Positions 38,326-49,000 are shown, counted from the first letter of the stretch. The stretch is 56,270 bases of DNA from Gemmatimonadota bacterium (GCA_039591655.1 JBDHDE010000013.1:1-56270), one strand, 5' to 3'. The notes: generated by a model not told the origin, from the sequence alone. Made by a program: numbers and translations.

Positions 38326-40136
38326 ACGAAACAGCGGCCGGTATCGCTTATCTCGACGGCCCGCGTCTGAGACGGGTCCTGTTCGCGGCTGCGGATTACG
38401 TGGACGCAGGCCGCGAGGAGCTCAATCGGATCAATGTGTTCCCGGTGCCCGACGGGGACACGGGCACCAACTTCGCCATGACCCTCCGGGCCGCGGCGGA
38501 GGGGGTGCGCGCCCTCCAGCGGCGGGCGAACCTCCCAACCGTCACCCGCGCCATGGCCGAGGCCTGCGTGTTCGGCGCACGCGGGAACTCGGGCTTGCTG
38601 CTGTCGCAGTTCCTGCTCGGCTTCCGGGAATCACTGGGCGATCTGGAAGCCGCTTCCGCTACGGATATTGCCCGCGCCATCCGGTCGGGTGCCAACCAGT
38701 TGTACCGCTCGCTCGACGAGCCGGTCGAAGGCACGATCCTCACCGTCTCCCGCGACGTCGCGGAGGCCGCCGAGTGGGCGGCCGGCCATACCCACAACCT
38801 GCAGGAGCTGATGCAGCACGTGCTGCAGCGGGCGCACGCCTCGCTGATGCGCACGCCCGAGCTGCTGGAGGTCCTGCGCGAAGCCGGCGTCGTGGACGCC
38901 GGCGCCAAGGCGTTCGTCAGGATACTCGAGGGCACCATGCGGCTCATCGAGGGCGACCCGATCCTGGCGGCGACGGAGCCCGTACAGTACGCCGTTCCCG
39001 ACGCGGCAGCGATGGCGCAGGTATCAGCCGATCAGGACTACGGCTACTGCACGGAAGTGCTGGTGAGGGGCGGTGATTTCCCGCCCAGCACCGAGGTCCG
39101 CACAGCACTCCGCAAGTTGGGGGGGTCCATAGTAGTGCTCGCCACCGAGGATCTCCTCAAGGTCCACGTGCATACCGACACTCCGGACGAGGTGTTCGGC
39201 CTGGCGGAGACATGGGGGTCGGTGCAGACCACCAAGGCGGACGACATGCGGGAGCAGCACCGGGAGCTCCACGAGGCGCACCGCCGGGTCAGCGTGGTGG
39301 TGGACTCCTCTTGCGATCTCCCCGACGATCTGGTGGACGCCCACGGGATGGTCGTGGTGCCGCTGCAGGTCATCGCCGGTGACGAAACCTACCTGGACCG
39401 GGTGGAGATCCGCGGCAGTGAGCTGTACGACCGGATGGAGAGCAACGGTGAGATCTTCACCACTTCCCAGCCGTCGCCCGGCGCGTTCGCTCAAGCGTTC
39501 GAGGACGCGCTCTCCAGCGCGGACCAGTCCATCGGGCTGTTCGTTGCCGGTGCACTGTCCGGTACGCTGGCCTCTGCCCAAGCGGCGGCCCGCGCTCGGA
39601 CCGAGGGCAACTCCATCACGCTAGTGGACTCCCGGTCCGCATCCTTCGGACTCGGCATGCTGGCGCTCAAGGCGGCAGAGCTGGTCGAGGCAGGTTGGGA
39701 GATTCCTGCCATCGTGCCCGAGCTGACCCGAGTGCGGGATCAATCGGGCGGGCTGTTTACCGTGGACACGTTCGAGAACCTGCTGCGCTCCGGACGTGTG
39801 AGCCGCGGGCGGGCGTGGCTCGGCGGCCTGCTCGACATCAAGCCGATCCTCGAGGTGAGTGCGGAGGGCCGGATTGTGCCCCTGGATAGGGTGCGGGGCC
39901 GCGACGCCCTCGTCCCCCGGGTGCTGGACCACCTCGACCGCCGCCTCACGCCGCGGCCCAAGTCCCTGCGATTGGCGGTGGCGCACGCCGGGGCGCCGGA
40001 GCTTGCAGACGGCATCCGGCAGGAGTTGGTGCGGCGCTACGGGCCGCGGGAGTGCTTCGTCAGCCCGGTGACCGCCGCGCTGGGGGTCCACACCGGACCG
40101 CGGGCGTGGGGCATCTTCTATCAGGTCGAGGACTAG
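38322..40136 (+). CDS. DAK2 (FakA-like) - DegV (FakB-like) fusion protein
   Basis: NRINVFPVPDGDTGTN, GARGNSG, VVDAG, KVHVHT; DegV motifs VDSSCDLP, TTSQPS, LSGT, DIKPIL, LGVHTGP. Confidence 0.88.
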   Translation: MNETAAGIAYLDGPRLRRVLFAAADYVDAGREELNRINVFPVPDGDTGTNFAMTLRAAAEGVRALQRRANLPTVTRAMAEACVFGARGNSGLLLSQFLLGFRESLGDLEAASATDIARAIRSGANQLYRSLDEPVEGTILTVSRDVAEAAEWAAGHTHNLQELMQHVLQRAHASLMRTPELLEVLREAGVVDAGAKAFVRILEGTMRLIEGDPILAATEPVQYAVPDAAAMAQVSADQDYGYCTEVLVRGGDFPPSTEVRTALRKLGGSIVVLATEDLLKVHVHTDTPDEVFGLAETWGSVQTTKADDMREQHRELHEAHRRVSVVVDSSCDLPDDLVDAHGMVVVPLQVIAGDETYLDRVEIRGSELYDRMESNGEIFTTSQPSPGAFAQAFEDALSSADQSIGLFVAGALSGTLASAQAAARARTEGNSITLVDSRSASFGLGMLALKAAELVEAGWEIPAIVPELTRVRDQSGGLFTVDTFENLLRSGRVSRGRAWLGGLLDIKPILEVSAEGRIVPLDRVRGRDALVPRVLDHLDRRLTPRPKSLRLAVAHAGAPELADGIRQELVRRYGPRECFVSPVTAALGVHTGPRAWGIFYQVED

Positions 40137-40186
40137 CCACCTGCTCACCTCCCAGAACCATTCCCAGTAGAACGCAGCCCGCCAGG

Positions 40187-40543
40187 ATCGCGAACGACGC
40201 ACAGCGCGATCTCCAGGTCGCCGTGCACGCGCTGGATGAGCACAAGGCGATCGACGTCATGGTGCTCGACCTCCGCAGGATCAGCGACGCCGCCGACTTC
40301 TTCGTCATCGCCTCGGGATCGTCGGACACGCACGTCCGGACGCTCGCCGAGCGGGTGCTGGAGGCCGTCGAGGGGGGCGGCCGCCGCCCGCACCACGTGG
40401 AAGGAGTCGCGGCCGGCCGGTGGGCGCTATTGGACTTCGTCGACGTTGTGATCCACCTATTCCACCCGACACTGCGGGAGTACTATCAGCTCGAGCGCTT
40501 GTGGTCGGACGCCCCGGTGGTTGCCGAGGAGTCGCTTCACTGA
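40187..40543 (+). CDS. rsfS: Ribosome silencing factor (start uncertain)
   Basis: KAIDVMVLDL..ADFFVIASGSSDTHV..WALLDFVDVVIHLF..REYYQLERLW. Nearest canonical start is GTG 40223; ATC 40187 would keep helix 1. Confidence 0.9.
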   Translation: MANDAQRDLQVAVHALDEHKAIDVMVLDLRRISDAADFFVIASGSSDTHVRTLAERVLEAVEGGGRRPHHVEGVAAGRWALLDFVDVVIHLFHPTLREYYQLERLWSDAPVVAEESLH

Positions 40544-40560
40544 CCGCAGCGCCATTCGCC

Positions 40561-40589
40561 TTGCCAGCCCTTCGGACCTCCCCTAGCTT
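40561..40589 (+). promoter_or_regulatory. Sigma70 promoter for a probably leaderless transcript
   Basis: TTGCCA-17 nt-TAGCTT, then 6 nt to GTG 40596 with no SD. Confidence 0.55.
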
Positions 40590-40595
40590 GCCCCA

Positions 40596-41984
40596 GTGCT
40601 ACCGCGCTCTGCCCTCCTGACGCTGCTCTTTGGCCTGGTCGCCTGCGACTCCCAGCAGCGCCCCAACCCCGTGCTCGAGGCCCTCGCCCAAGCGCCGCCA
40701 GGCTCGGGCGATGGAGCATCGGTCGTCTTCCGGTTTCCGATCACCGGGGAGCAGGACGCCAAGCTGTATCAGCTCCCCGGGCTCGGCGAGGTCGCATGGC
40801 GCTTCGAGGCCGGCGACCACTCCGTGGCCTCCACAGTCGGGTTCGCCAGCGATGACGACCTCGCGTACACGCTGACCGGCGACCACGAGCTGGTTGCCCT
40901 GGACCTGGCCAGCGGCCGGGCACGGGTGGTCGACACCTCCGTGGCCATCGCGACCCTGGGCCCCACGGGAACGCCATACGTCGTGCATCTCGACGGATCA
41001 GTAGCCACGGTGCAGCGACGCACCGCCACACCCTGGCCCAACGGGTTTGCCACGGTGCCCACGCAGCTGTGGGGCGCCGCGCGCAACCGACTCGTCGCCG
41101 TGGTCTCCGGAGAGGAAGGCCCGGTACTCACGCTGCTGGCCAGCGGCCAGGAACCCATCACGCAGCACATGCCGGACGGCGGGGTTGCCGTCTCGCGCTG
41201 GGGGGACGTCGCCGTCGTCACCACCGACAGCGGGCTGGAGATCCTCGACCCGCTGGGCGCCACCGCACGACGGTTCGTGCCCCTGAACATCGTGCCCCTG
41301 GGCGCCGCCTTCTCCCCTGCGGCGCACCACGTGTACGCCGTCGGTGCCATGGGCACCCTGGTGGTTGTGGATCGCTTCGCGCTGGAGCTGCTCGACACCC
41401 TCGCGCTGCCCGGTGCCGGGAGAGGATTGCGATCGGATCCCACCGGACGCGTCCTCCTAGTGCAGCCCGAGGCCGGTGGTGAAGTGTGGGTCGTGGACCT
41501 GGTCGAGTGGCAGTTGGCGGCAACGCTGCCCGGCGAGTGGGACGAGAACTTGCCGGCGGTGGCGCCGGACGGAACGATCCTGGCGCGCCGCGACGACAGC
41601 GTCGTGGCCCTCACCGCGGGATCCTGGACGGCCGCCGGGGAGGCAGAGGACGCCGATGGCGACCGGTGGCTGGCAATCGCCTGGGACCCGCGGCGGCCTG
41701 CCTTGGAGTTCGGCGCCGTGACGCCGGAGGTGGCGCAGGATACTTCCCAGATCGTCTACGTCCAGGTGAGCAGCACCAGCAACCGCGATTGGGCCGACGA
41801 CCTGGCCTCCAACCTGCGACGGGCCGGCATGGAGGCGAGCGTCCTCGAGCCGCAGGAGTTCGGCGAACCCTATCGCGTCGTGCTGGGACCCTACTCCACC
41901 CGGGAGGAGGCGGAGGCCACGGGCCGTCGCCTCGGCCTGCCCTACTGGATCTTCACGCCCGACACGACAAGCGCCCAGCCATGA
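40596..41984 (+). CDS. Lipoprotein with a beta-propeller-like region and a C-terminal SPOR domain
   Basis: Lipobox LVA-C; YVQVSST..YRVVLGPYSTREEAEA. Confidence 0.78.
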   Translation: MLPRSALLTLLFGLVACDSQQRPNPVLEALAQAPPGSGDGASVVFRFPITGEQDAKLYQLPGLGEVAWRFEAGDHSVASTVGFASDDDLAYTLTGDHELVALDLASGRARVVDTSVAIATLGPTGTPYVVHLDGSVATVQRRTATPWPNGFATVPTQLWGAARNRLVAVVSGEEGPVLTLLASGQEPITQHMPDGGVAVSRWGDVAVVTTDSGLEILDPLGATARRFVPLNIVPLGAAFSPAAHHVYAVGAMGTLVVVDRFALELLDTLALPGAGRGLRSDPTGRVLLVQPEAGGEVWVVDLVEWQLAATLPGEWDENLPAVAPDGTILARRDDSVVALTAGSWTAAGEAEDADGDRWLAIAWDPRRPALEFGAVTPEVAQDTSQIVYVQVSSTSNRDWADDLASNLRRAGMEASVLEPQEFGEPYRVVLGPYSTREEAEATGRRLGLPYWIFTPDTTSAQP

Positions 41985-43267
41985 AGCCGGCGGAGCTGCC
42001 ACCGGCCCGGCTCATCGCCACCGCCCCCGACCTCCTCGCGGGCACCACGGTAGTGGCCATCGTGCCGCTGGGCGAGGCCGAGCCGGTGGCGGCGGTGGCC
42101 TGGGAGATCGGTCGCCGTGTCGCCGAGGCCAACCGGCGCGTAGTTCTGGTGGACCTCGGCCTGGAGCGCCCCCTCCTGAGGCCGAGGGCGGAGGGCGGCT
42201 CCGTGGAGGGCATTGCCGACGCCTTCCTGTACGGAGCCTCGCTCCAGCACGTGACCGAGGAGCAGGATGTGCCCGGCTTCTTCCATATCGGTGTCGGCAC
42301 CGAGTTGGCCGAGCCCGGCGAGGTCTGGGCGCACCCGCGCTGGCAGCGGCTGGCCCGGGGGTTCGCCAGCGAGGACGCGCTGCTGCTCCTGGCCATCCCG
42401 CCGGAGGGCCTCGAGCATCTGAAGGCGCAGCCCGACCGGGTGGTGGCGTTGGCGCTCACCGGCGACGCCCGGCACCATCGCAGCCTGTCCACCCTGCTCG
42501 AAGCCGGTGTGCCGGTGGATCTCGTGGTGGAGGAGCGAGTCCCCGCGAGGGAGCGGCGCGCGACGCCCCCCCCGAGGCGTACGGTGCGACCGGTGGCTCG
42601 TCGTGTGCGGCCTCCCCGACCACGGCGCCCCTGGGTCACGGCGGCGATCGCCGCCGCCAGCATCGGCACCGTCGGGATTCTCCTCGCGCTTCCCGGCAAC
42701 GAGCGCGACTCGGCCCCGACCGGCGCCGCGCCCAGCGACACCGCGCCCCCGACACCCGCCGCGACCGCGGCGAGTCCGGCCTCGCCCAGCGACTCCCTGT
42801 TCTATGGAGTGCAGGTGGCGGCGTTCGGGACACTGGAGACCGCCCTCGAGCGCGTGCGCGAGTACGAGCGGGACGGCTGGACTGCGACCATCACTCCGGT
42901 GCAGCTGGGCAGGCAGGGGACCTGGCACCGCCTCATCGTGGCGGCCCTCCCCACCGCCGGGGCCGCCGAGCGGGCGCTGAGCCGTCTATGGCAGGATGGC
43001 CTACTGGAGCGACCCAACGGCACCATCCTGCGCACGCCGCACGCCATCCGGCTCGGCTCCTACACCGACTCCGCGGCGGCGAGCGCCGCGGCAGAGGGGC
43101 TTCGTGCTCGCAGTATCCCGGCGTACATTGTGATGGCGTCCGACGGGACCGCGACACTCCTCGTGGGCGCCTTCGAAACCCCTGAACAGGCGCGCCTGGC
43201 GGACTCCATCCTCACGGCAGCGGACCTCGAGGGCACACTCGTAGCACGAGCAGGGATAGCGCGATGA
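41981..43267 (+). CDS. Membrane protein with two SPOR domains and an N-terminal degenerate ParA/Wzc-like region
   Basis: ATGA overlap; RRVVLVDLGLERP; TM; YGVQVAAF and LLVGAFETPEQA. Confidence 0.7.
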   Translation: MKPAELPPARLIATAPDLLAGTTVVAIVPLGEAEPVAAVAWEIGRRVAEANRRVVLVDLGLERPLLRPRAEGGSVEGIADAFLYGASLQHVTEEQDVPGFFHIGVGTELAEPGEVWAHPRWQRLARGFASEDALLLLAIPPEGLEHLKAQPDRVVALALTGDARHHRSLSTLLEAGVPVDLVVEERVPARERRATPPPRRTVRPVARRVRPPRPRRPWVTAAIAAASIGTVGILLALPGNERDSAPTGAAPSDTAPPTPAATAASPASPSDSLFYGVQVAAFGTLETALERVREYERDGWTATITPVQLGRQGTWHRLIVAALPTAGAAERALSRLWQDGLLERPNGTILRTPHAIRLGSYTDSAAASAAAEGLRARSIPAYIVMASDGTATLLVGAFETPEQARLADSILTAADLEGTLVARAGIAR

Positions 43268-46200
43268 GACTCACCCGGCTAGAGCTGTCGGGATTCAAGT
43301 CGTTTGCCGACGCCGTGCAGCTGGCGTTCGAGGACGGCATCACTGCCGTCGTCGGCCCCAACGGCTGCGGCAAGTCGAACATCTCCGACGCCGTCCGCTG
43401 GGTGCTGGGCGAGCAACGCGCCCGACTGCTGCGCAGCGCCCGCATGGATGAGGTGATCTTCCAGGGGTCGGTGAAGCGGCGCCCTATCAACCTCGCCGGC
43501 GTGTCGCTGGTGTTCGACAACAGCGACGGCGAGCTACCCATCGCGTATCACGAGGTGTCGGTCACCCGGCGGCTCTCCCGCAACGGACAGAGTGAGTACC
43601 AGCTGAATCAGTCCCCCGTGCGGCTGCGGGACGTGCAGGACCTGCTGCGGGGCACGGGCCTGGGCAGCGACGCGGGCGTGGTCATCGAAGCCCAGATGAT
43701 CGACCGGTTGCTGTCCGATCGCACCGAGGAGCGCCGCTCGCTGTTCGAGGAGGCGGCGGGTATCGGCCTGTACCGCGACCGCAAGGCCAGCACGGAGCGG
43801 CGGCTGGAGCGGACCGCCGCGGACCTCCAACGACTCGAGGACCTGATCGGTGAGGTTCAGAGCCAGGTGCGCAGCCTCGCCCGCCAGCGCGGCAGGGCGG
43901 AGCGGCATCAGCGGTACCTGGAACAGCGGTTCGCAATCGTCATCACGTTGACCCGGCGCGCCCTCGCCGAGTTCGACCGGCAGCACGCCGACCTGGAGCG
44001 CCGGCGCGAGACCTTGCAGGTGCAGATTCCCGCGGCGCGGGACACCATCGCCGAGCACGAGGGGCAGCGGGAGCGGCGGGCCCAAGAGCGGGCGGCGGCC
44101 GAGGCGCGGCGCACGGAGCTCGAGCGGCAACTGGGCGAGACGCGGGTCGCGCTGGAGCGGCTCGAGGGCGACCTCAACGTCTCCGCGGAACGACTGGAGC
44201 ACGCCGCGGAGCGGCGCACCCGCGCCCAGGAGGAGCGGGCAGACGCCGAGGGCCGGGCGGCACAGGCCCAGCGGGAGCTGGAGGCGGCAGCCACCGAGCG
44301 GGAGGCGGCGCAGGCGGCGCGCCAGTCGGTGCAGACCGAGCTGGACCTGCGCTCGGCCTCCGAGGATGAGGCGCGGGAGCGGCTCAACCAGCAGCGCACC
44401 CGGGTGCGTGAGGTCGAGGCCTCGCTGCAGCAGCAGGCGGAAGCGCTCCGGGCGCTGGCCGGCGAGCGCACCGCCCTGGAGCAGGACCTCGAGGAGCTCA
44501 GCCGCCAAGCCTCCGCTGCCGATGCCCGGCTGGTGGAGGCGCGCCGCGACTACGAGTCCGCCCGCCAGGGTCTCGACACCACGCGGTCGACCCTCGCCGA
44601 ACGCGAGCGCGAGGAGCGCGAGGCGGCAGCTGCCCTGGAGCGCGCACGACACAGCTTGGCGGCGGCCCGGGAGAACGAGGCGGCCCTGCGCATCGAGCGC
44701 CGCGAGCTGGACGAGGCGATCGCACAGCTGGCCGCCCGGCGGGAAGCCCTGGCGGAGCTGGAGCGGCGACGCGAGGGGCTCGCGCCGGCAGTCCAGATCC
44801 TGCTCAACGAGCGGGCCCGCTTCGGCGACGGCGCGGTGCTCGGTCCGCTCAGTGATTTCCTCACCATCTCAGCCGAACAGGCACGGCTCGCCGAGCGGTT
44901 GCTGGCGGACTGGCTCCACGCAGTGCTGGTGCGGGACGAAGCCACCGTGGAAGCGGTGCGCCAGTGGCACGCCGCGGCCGAGCCCGGTCCCCTGCTGCTG
45001 CTGCCGGTGGAGCCCGGACCGACGGCGGCGCCGGCGGAGCACGCCCTGGTCGCCGAGCTCGACGTGGCGCACCCGGCGGAGCGCTGGGTGGCGGCGCTCC
45101 TCGCCGGCAGCCGGCCCTTCGACGAGGCCGGCAGCTTGATTCGCCGGGGCAGCGGGGCGGTCTACCTGCCGGGTGCCGACCAGACAGGGCCGCTGAGCCG
45201 CCGTGCCGAGCTCGACCAGCTGGCACACCAGCTGGATGACGCCGACCGCCGCCGCGCCGAGCTCACGCAGCGCGCCGAGCACGCCGCGGAGGAGCACAGT
45301 CGGGCGGAGCGGCAGCTGGAAGCCGCCACCGAGCGCAGCACGACGGCGCGCCAGTCGTTGCGGGAGGCTCAGGGAGCGAGCGACGAGGCCAGCCGGCACC
45401 TGCACCGTGCCGAGCGGGAGCGGGGCGAGGCCGAGCAGGCCATGAACCGGCTCACCGAGCGCATCACCGAGCGGCAGGCGCGGCTCCAGGCAGCGGCGGA
45501 GGAAGCCGCCTCGGGTGAGGCGAGCCGGGCCCGCCTGGCGGAGGACCTGGCCCGCCAGCAGGCCGCGCTGCAGGACCTGGAGTCCGCCCAGGAGGCGGCC
45601 AGGGAGCGCCGGGTCCACTGGCAGGTGGAGGAGGCGCAGGTCTCCGCCCGTGAGCAGGCGGCGCTGGAGCGGGAGGCACGCGCGCAGGCGCAGCTCACGG
45701 AGGCCCAGGAGGCGAGCCGCCGATTGGGCGACGAGCTGGGCCAGATCGAGGGGAACACCAGGTCCCTCACCCAGCAGCGCGGTGAGTGGACCGACACCCT
45801 GGCGGAGCGGCAGGTGGCGGTGCAGGAGATGGAAGACGCTGCGCAGGCGGCGGAGCAGGCAGTGGAGACCGTCGGTCAGGCCGTGGCCGCCCAGGAGCAG
45901 GCCCTCGAGGAAGCGCGCCACGAACTGGAGCAGCTCAACGAAGAACTCCATCGGCTGGAGCTCGAGCTCACCGAGGCGGGGGGTCGCCGCCGGGCTGTGG
46001 TGGAGCGGGTCGAGGCCGAGTGGCACAAGCCCATAGAGACGCTGCTCGCCGATGCCACCCAGGTCGAGGGCGAGACGGTGGCCCTGCAACACGACGCCGA
46101 CCGCCTGGAGCAGGAGCTCGAGCGCATCGGGCCGGTGAACCCCCTGGCCGTCCAGGAGCACGCCGACGAGAAGAAGCGCCTCGACTTTCTCGAGACGCAG

Positions 46201-46740
46201 CGGGACGATCTGATCGAGGCCCGCGCCTCCCTGGTGCAGGCCCTGCGCGAGATCGACCAAACGGCCCGGACAATGTTCCTCGAGACCTTCGCGGCGGTGC
46301 GCGAGAACTTCCACTCGGTGTTCCAGACGCTGTTCGAGGGCGGTGAGTGCGACGTGCGGCTCGCCGACGAGAACGATCCGTTGGAAAGCGAGATCGTGAT
46401 CCAGGCCGCCCCCCGGGGGAAGCGGATCCAGCGCATTCACCTGCTCTCCTCGGGCGAGCGCGCCCTGGTCGCCATCTCGCTGCTGTTCTCCATCTATCTC
46501 GCGAAGCCGGCGCCGTTCTGTCTGCTCGATGAGGTGGACGCGCCGCTGGACGACGCCAACGTCATGCGGTTCGTGCGACTCCTCGAGGAGTTCAAGTCCG
46601 ACACCCAGTTCATCGTGATCACGCACAACCCGCGCACGATGCAGGTGGCGGATGCCGTCTACGGCGTCACCATGCAAGAGCCCGGCGTATCCACGATCGT
46701 GGGGGTGCGCCTGAGTGCTCTCGAGCCCACCGGCAGTTGA
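43264..46740 (+). CDS. smc: Chromosome segregation protein SMC
   Basis: GFKSF, GPNGCGKSN, long coiled coils, GPVN, LLSSGE, LLDEVDAPLD, ITHN. Confidence 0.96.
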   Translation: MRLTRLELSGFKSFADAVQLAFEDGITAVVGPNGCGKSNISDAVRWVLGEQRARLLRSARMDEVIFQGSVKRRPINLAGVSLVFDNSDGELPIAYHEVSVTRRLSRNGQSEYQLNQSPVRLRDVQDLLRGTGLGSDAGVVIEAQMIDRLLSDRTEERRSLFEEAAGIGLYRDRKASTERRLERTAADLQRLEDLIGEVQSQVRSLARQRGRAERHQRYLEQRFAIVITLTRRALAEFDRQHADLERRRETLQVQIPAARDTIAEHEGQRERRAQERAAAEARRTELERQLGETRVALERLEGDLNVSAERLEHAAERRTRAQEERADAEGRAAQAQRELEAAATEREAAQAARQSVQTELDLRSASEDEARERLNQQRTRVREVEASLQQQAEALRALAGERTALEQDLEELSRQASAADARLVEARRDYESARQGLDTTRSTLAEREREEREAAAALERARHSLAAARENEAALRIERRELDEAIAQLAARREALAELERRREGLAPAVQILLNERARFGDGAVLGPLSDFLTISAEQARLAERLLADWLHAVLVRDEATVEAVRQWHAAAEPGPLLLLPVEPGPTAAPAEHALVAELDVAHPAERWVAALLAGSRPFDEAGSLIRRGSGAVYLPGADQTGPLSRRAELDQLAHQLDDADRRRAELTQRAEHAAEEHSRAERQLEAATERSTTARQSLREAQGASDEASRHLHRAERERGEAEQAMNRLTERITERQARLQAAAEEAASGEASRARLAEDLARQQAALQDLESAQEAARERRVHWQVEEAQVSAREQAALEREARAQAQLTEAQEASRRLGDELGQIEGNTRSLTQQRGEWTDTLAERQVAVQEMEDAAQAAEQAVETVGQAVAAQEQALEEARHELEQLNEELHRLELELTEAGGRRRAVVERVEAEWHKPIETLLADATQVEGETVALQHDADRLEQELERIGPVNPLAVQEHADEKKRLDFLETQRDDLIEARASLVQALREIDQTARTMFLETFAAVRENFHSVFQTLFEGGECDVRLADENDPLESEIVIQAAPRGKRIQRIHLLSSGERALVAISLLFSIYLAKPAPFCLLDEVDAPLDDANVMRFVRLLEEFKSDTQFIVITHNPRTMQVADAVYGVTMQEPGVSTIVGVRLSALEPTGS

Positions 46741-48998
46741 GACCGGCCTCCCTCCTCATCGCCGCCCTTGCGTGCGCCGCGGCGACGGCGGAGGCCCAGC
46801 AGCCAACGGTCTCGCGTAACCTGACACCGCTGCTCGCCCGGGACACCGTGGTGCGGGCGTGGTTCTTCGGCTCCCGCGACCATCCTCTCGAAGCGGTGGC
46901 CGCGGCAGTGGCAGATGTCGGTGGGCGAGAGCGCCGCCGCAGCCGCTGGCTCCACGCCGTTTCGGCCGAGGTGTCGACCACCGATCTGGCAGCCGCCGCC
47001 GCACGCAGCGAGTTCCGGCACCTGCAACTGGTAGCGCGATTCCGCGGCCGGCCGGAGCCGCCGCGGGAGACTCCGCTCCTCGCGCCGACGGCGGGCGCAA
47101 CCGCACAGGACTCGCTGTACGGTCCCTCGGCGATGCCCTTCAGGCGGCTCAATCTCTTTCCCTTGGTCGACCAGGGGGTGCGCGGCGCCGGCGTGACCAT
47201 CGCGATGCTGGACACCGGGTTCGAGACCGGCAACGCGGCGTTCGACTCGGCCACGGTGATCGCGCAGTACGATTTCGTGTTTGACGATTCGGTAGTCGCC
47301 AACGAGCCGGGCGACGCCGCAAACGCCTCGCAGCACGGTACCGAGACCTGGTCGCTGCTGGCGGCAAACGTGCCCACGCAGATCATCGGGATCGCCCCCG
47401 ACGCCGACTACATCCTCGCCAAGACCGAGGACATCCGCTCCGAGACCCGGGTGGAGGAGGACAACTGGGTCGCCGCGCTGGAGTGGGCCGACTCCATCGG
47501 GGTGGAGGTGGTGTCGTCCAGCGTGGGGTACCTGGACTTCGACGGTGGGTTCAGCTACGCCCCGGAGGACCTGAACGGCGACGTCGCTGTGACTACGGTG
47601 GCGGCGGACGCGGCAGCGGCCCGCGGCATCCTCGTGGTGACCGCCATGGGCAACAACGGTCCTGGATTCCGCTCGATGATCACGCCGGCAGACGGGGATT
47701 CCGTCCTCGCCGCGGGAGCCGAGGACTCACTGGGGGTGCTGACGGGGTTCAGCTCCCGGGGCCCCACCGCCGACGGCCGGCTCAAGCCCGACCTCGTGGC
47801 GCCGGGACAGGCCGTGTTCGTGGTGACCCCGGTGACGGGCTTCGCCCGGGTGAACGGTACATCCTTTTCGACCCCGATCCTCGCCGGCGCCGCGGCGCTG
47901 TACCGGCAGCTGCACCCGCTGCACGCGCCCATCGAGGTGATCGAGGCGCTGCGCCGGACGGGCACCGAGCGGGAGAGCCCCGACTCCAGCCGCGGTTGGG
48001 GCAGGCCCGACGGCTCGGTCGCGGCCTACTTCCCGCGGGGCATCATCGTCACCAATCCCGTCGACACGCTGATCAACGAGGTCACCCCGATCTTCGTTTG
48101 GTCCGTGCCCGAGCTGCCGCTCATCGCCCAGCCGGTGAGCTACCACCTCCGGGTTGCCACCGACAGCACGTTCAGCACGGTGCTGCTGGACACCGTCACC
48201 AATGAGACCACCGTGAGCTGGGCTGAGGCACTTCCACCGGGCGCACGGTTCGTGTTCACGCTCACCGCGACCACGGTGGACTCCGTGAGCATCGGGACGC
48301 CACTGAGCCAGGAGTTCGTGGTGCCCCAGTGGGCCACGCTCCTAACCCTCAACGACCCCCAGGGGAGCACCATCCGGGAGGTGCGGCCCACGTTCCACTG
48401 GACCTCCCCCCAGGCCGTCCAGCCCCCGGGCCCCTTCGTCTACGACGTCGCGGTCTTCCGGGCCGACAACGGGGAGCTCGACATAGAGCAGCGTGGTCTC
48501 ACGACCACGACGTACGTGCCACCGCGGGACCTGGAGCGCAACACACCGTACACGTGGCAGGTTACCGCGCATCTCGAGGACGACAGCACGGTGACGGAGA
48601 GTCTCGGCACCTTCCTGATCATCGACGATACCGTACCGGCGGTCACTCTCCTGTTCCAGAACTTCCCCAACCCGTTTCCCAACATCACCAACGGGCGCCG
48701 CTCCACATGCATCTGGTTCGACCTGGCGACCCGGGGCACGACCACTCTGGACATCCTGGACATCCGCGGTCACGTGGTGCGCAACCTGGTGCCAGGTTCG
48801 GCGTTCCCGGCCATCCTCCCGCCGGGGCGCTACGGCCGGCCGGCGGAGGGCATTGGCGGAAGCTGCGACCCGAACCTGGCGTGGGACGGAACGGCCCGCG
48901 ATGGCTCATCCACGCCGCAGGGCATCTACCTCATACGCCTCACGACGCCGGACGGCACGTTCTTCAAGCGCATCGTCTACATGGGTCCGGACTTCTAG
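46737..48998 (+). CDS. Secreted S8 (subtilisin-like) serine peptidase with a C-terminal FlgD-like domain
   Basis: Triad LDTG / HGT / NGTSFSTP; FSSRGPT..KPDLVAPG; QNFPNPF..WDG..GIYLIRL. Confidence 0.9.
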   Translation: MRPASLLIAALACAAATAEAQQPTVSRNLTPLLARDTVVRAWFFGSRDHPLEAVAAAVADVGGRERRRSRWLHAVSAEVSTTDLAAAAARSEFRHLQLVARFRGRPEPPRETPLLAPTAGATAQDSLYGPSAMPFRRLNLFPLVDQGVRGAGVTIAMLDTGFETGNAAFDSATVIAQYDFVFDDSVVANEPGDAANASQHGTETWSLLAANVPTQIIGIAPDADYILAKTEDIRSETRVEEDNWVAALEWADSIGVEVVSSSVGYLDFDGGFSYAPEDLNGDVAVTTVAADAAAARGILVVTAMGNNGPGFRSMITPADGDSVLAAGAEDSLGVLTGFSSRGPTADGRLKPDLVAPGQAVFVVTPVTGFARVNGTSFSTPILAGAAALYRQLHPLHAPIEVIEALRRTGTERESPDSSRGWGRPDGSVAAYFPRGIIVTNPVDTLINEVTPIFVWSVPELPLIAQPVSYHLRVATDSTFSTVLLDTVTNETTVSWAEALPPGARFVFTLTATTVDSVSIGTPLSQEFVVPQWATLLTLNDPQGSTIREVRPTFHWTSPQAVQPPGPFVYDVAVFRADNGELDIEQRGLTTTTYVPPRDLERNTPYTWQVTAHLEDDSTVTESLGTFLIIDDTVPAVTLLFQNFPNPFPNITNGRRSTCIWFDLATRGTTTLDILDIRGHVVRNLVPGSAFPAILPPGRYGRPAEGIGGSCDPNLAWDGTARDGSSTPQGIYLIRLTTPDGTFFKRIVYMGPDF

Positions 48999-49000
48999 AC

